Shown here: positions 62,265 to 64,000 of the stretch, piece by piece
Position numbering within the stretch: the first letter of the stretch is position 1
Layout of the letters: each line of letters starts with the position of its first letter
Source: a virus
Taxonomy: Duplodnaviria > Caudoviricetes
IMG/VR virus record: IMGVR_UViG_3300037466_002533
Location: 1-64,000 of that record
Direction: 5' to 3' (one strand)
Length of the DNA: 64,000 bases
Translations under genes and position numbers: made by a program
Notes under the pieces: model-generated
What the model was told of the DNA's origin: nothing
Databases searched by the model: none
What the model saw: only the letters and a program-made list of their open reading frames with translations

Positions 62265-63633
62265 TAGGCAGCACCGGCAGTTCTATCCTGGTGGAGATTC
62301 GGTTGAACCAAGGAGAGGACACGGAGGAGGGCTTAGCCGGAGGTGCTGCCGCAACGGCCATATCCGGGGTCCACACCTTTCTGATGGCCTCAGTGAACTT
62401 CAGCGGAAGGCGGTAAGCTACCTCGGTGGTCTCGCCGTTCGGTAGTTTAGCCACCTGGAAGGCCTCAGGGTAGTATCGACCCTGTGTGCTCTCCAGGATG
62501 TTCCGCTTGATGTCGTCTATGTATTCCTGCTGGCTCTGGAAGCCGAATGTGTATGGGCGCTGGGCCGGGATGGTAAGGGCCGGTGCTTGATCGGGGTGGA
62601 TACCGTACTTACCACCAGGGTAGTTGTCCGGCGAGTCGGCCTTCTGGTACGGAATCCATGGAGTCCAGGCGGTGACGTCCCTGCTGGTGATCTTGTAATT
62701 GTCCTCGGCGAATACTCCACCGTGTGGATCCTCGGAGCTATAGGTGACGCTGTCGACGTTACCGGTATCCACCGTGAAGTACTGCGAGAACTCCTGGGAG
62801 GCGTTGAAGGCGGCCTGCGGCGCCCGCACCTCCTGTCCCTCCTGCACCCAGCGGTAGGACCCGTTGGGTTCCAGGGAGGCGTCGAGAGTGGAGTTGGCAC
62901 CCCCGGTGACGTACGGCTCCAGAACGTAGTAGGTGGACGATGCCAGGGCATTGAGGGTGTCCTGCTTGAGGTTCGGAGTGACACCCGTACCAACCAGGGT
63001 AACTATGGAGTCCACCGGAGCCAGGCGGCGCAGTAGGGCGCGGAGCTGCGCCTGTTCCACCGTTGCCAGGTTCTTGTGAGCCCGGATGATGATCTCGTTT
63101 CGGGCTACGCCGCCGGTCTGGGACAGGGCCACTAGGGACGGGTAACTGATGTATCCGTCGGTGAACTTCCACATCTCGTAGATGTCGCAGTCCGCTGATA
63201 TGGCAGACTTCACCAGGAGCCTCAGACCGTCCGGACTTCCGCCCAGAGCGATGGCCTTGAAGAACATCTTGATCCGGGCGCGGTACCAGGAGTCTTTGAT
63301 CTGGATCTCGTCCCACTGGTCGCTGGTCAGGATATCGGTGGATGGGTTGTAGGAGTAGGACTCCGAGGCGAACCTGGTGAGCTGAGTCATCGTGCCGAAG
63401 ATGTCGTCCAGGTCGGAGAAGTAGGTGGTGTCCAGGCTCTGCGACAGGCGGGCCAGGAGGAGCTGCTTCTTCAGTGTCCCCACGCCGCCGTCGCCGATCA
63501 GGGCGTCCATGAAGTTGTAGAGGTTGGAACCCTCTTCGTTTCGATAGACGGTAGGCGAGAACGACCGCATGCGCCACGACGTCGACTTGGTCGGGAGTAG
63601 CGGTGCTGTCGCCTGGTCTACAGGTGATGTCAT
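62257..63633 (-). CDS. baseplate wedge / tail-I-like protein
   Basis: follows baseplate J-like gene; YRARIKMFFKAIALGGSPDGL. Confidence 0.55.
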   Translation of the reverse strand: MTSPVDQATAPLLPTKSTSWRMRSFSPTVYRNEEGSNLYNFMDALIGDGGVGTLKKQLLLARLSQSLDTTYFSDLDDIFGTMTQLTRFASESYSYNPSTDILTSDQWDEIQIKDSWYRARIKMFFKAIALGGSPDGLRLLVKSAISADCDIYEMWKFTDGYISYPSLVALSQTGGVARNEIIIRAHKNLATVEQAQLRALLRRLAPVDSIVTLVGTGVTPNLKQDTLNALASSTYYVLEPYVTGGANSTLDASLEPNGSYRWVQEGQEVRAPQAAFNASQEFSQYFTVDTGNVDSVTYSSEDPHGGVFAEDNYKITSRDVTAWTPWIPYQKADSPDNYPGGKYGIHPDQAPALTIPAQRPYTFGFQSQQEYIDDIKRNILESTQGRYYPEAFQVAKLPNGETTEVAYRLPLKFTEAIRKVWTPDMAVAAAPPAKPSSVSSPWFNRISTRIELPVLPNV

Positions 63634-63636
63634 GGG

Positions 63637-64000
63637 TCAGCTACCGAAGTTGTTGGTGGAGCGGCGGATGAACAGGCTGTTGATGTCTCCCGGAAGGTCT
63701 AGGACTGCGATGCTGTCATCATCCAATTGGAAGTCGCTGGTGTAGCTGGTCACCACGGACCCGTTCTTCAGCTCGGCCGCCGAGTACGGTGCTCCGTCGG
63801 TGGTCTTGGCGATCCTGCAGTTATCGACGCCGGTTGTGTTATGCACGATGGCGGTCAGGTCGGAAAGCTGCACCCAGGAGCCGAAGGGCAGATTGTTGAT
63901 GTAGTTCTGTAGAGCCGTGACGATCTGGGCGTTGGTGTTCTGCACACTGGCGCCGGTGTCGTACATGACCACGAAGTAGAACCTCAAGCTCTTCTGAACT
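63637..64000 (-). CDS. baseplate J-like protein, C-terminal part (runs off window)
   Basis: ALQNYINNLPFGSWVQLSDL...VHNTTGVDN. Confidence 0.55.
   Translation of the reverse strand, partial: VQKSLRFYFVVMYDTGASVQNTNAQIVTALQNYINNLPFGSWVQLSDLTAIVHNTTGVDNCRIAKTTDGAPYSAAELKNGSVVTSYTSDFQLDDDSIAVLDLPGDINSLFIRRSTNNFGS

Noticed and set aside
1-64000. Integrase, attP or prophage boundary
   Set aside because: No recombinase, repressor cassette or host genes seen; the whole window looks phage-derived

Overview
The window is a 64 kb slice of a large, GC-rich lytic actinobacteriophage genome, inferred to be a contractile-tailed phage organised like the Bxz1/cluster C mycobacteriophages. Almost all genes are on the minus strand. 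From left to right it holds: a CCA-adding enzyme and nucleotide-pool enzymes; terminase large subunit; a recombination module (RuvC, Cas4-like nuclease, RecA); a near-complete bacterial-type replisome (DnaE, DnaQ, SSB, primase, DnaB, DnaC-like loader, 5'-3' exonuclease) with a J-domain protein; and two sigma-like factors. An RNA island of about 11.5 kb (36.5-48.1 kb) follows, then small accessory genes, a SNF2 helicase and baseplate genes. The RNA island is the most unusual part. It contains an HD alarmone-hydrolase-like gene and rtcB, whose 3' end has been replaced by an incoming LAGLIDADG endonuclease cassette. It has 40 tRNAs covering all 20 amino acids, many non-canonical, and a Ro60/TROVE gene preceded by three Y RNAs (two tRNA-mimicking YrlA type, one minimal). 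It also has a free-standing circularly permuted tRNA mimic opened at the anticodon loop, and about ten unexplained structured spacers, including a pseudoknotted RNA of about 245 nt. A repeated AAAAGATA box sits next to -10 hexamers at about 19 sites. All protein and RNA calls come from manual motif reading and base-pairing; no database search was run.
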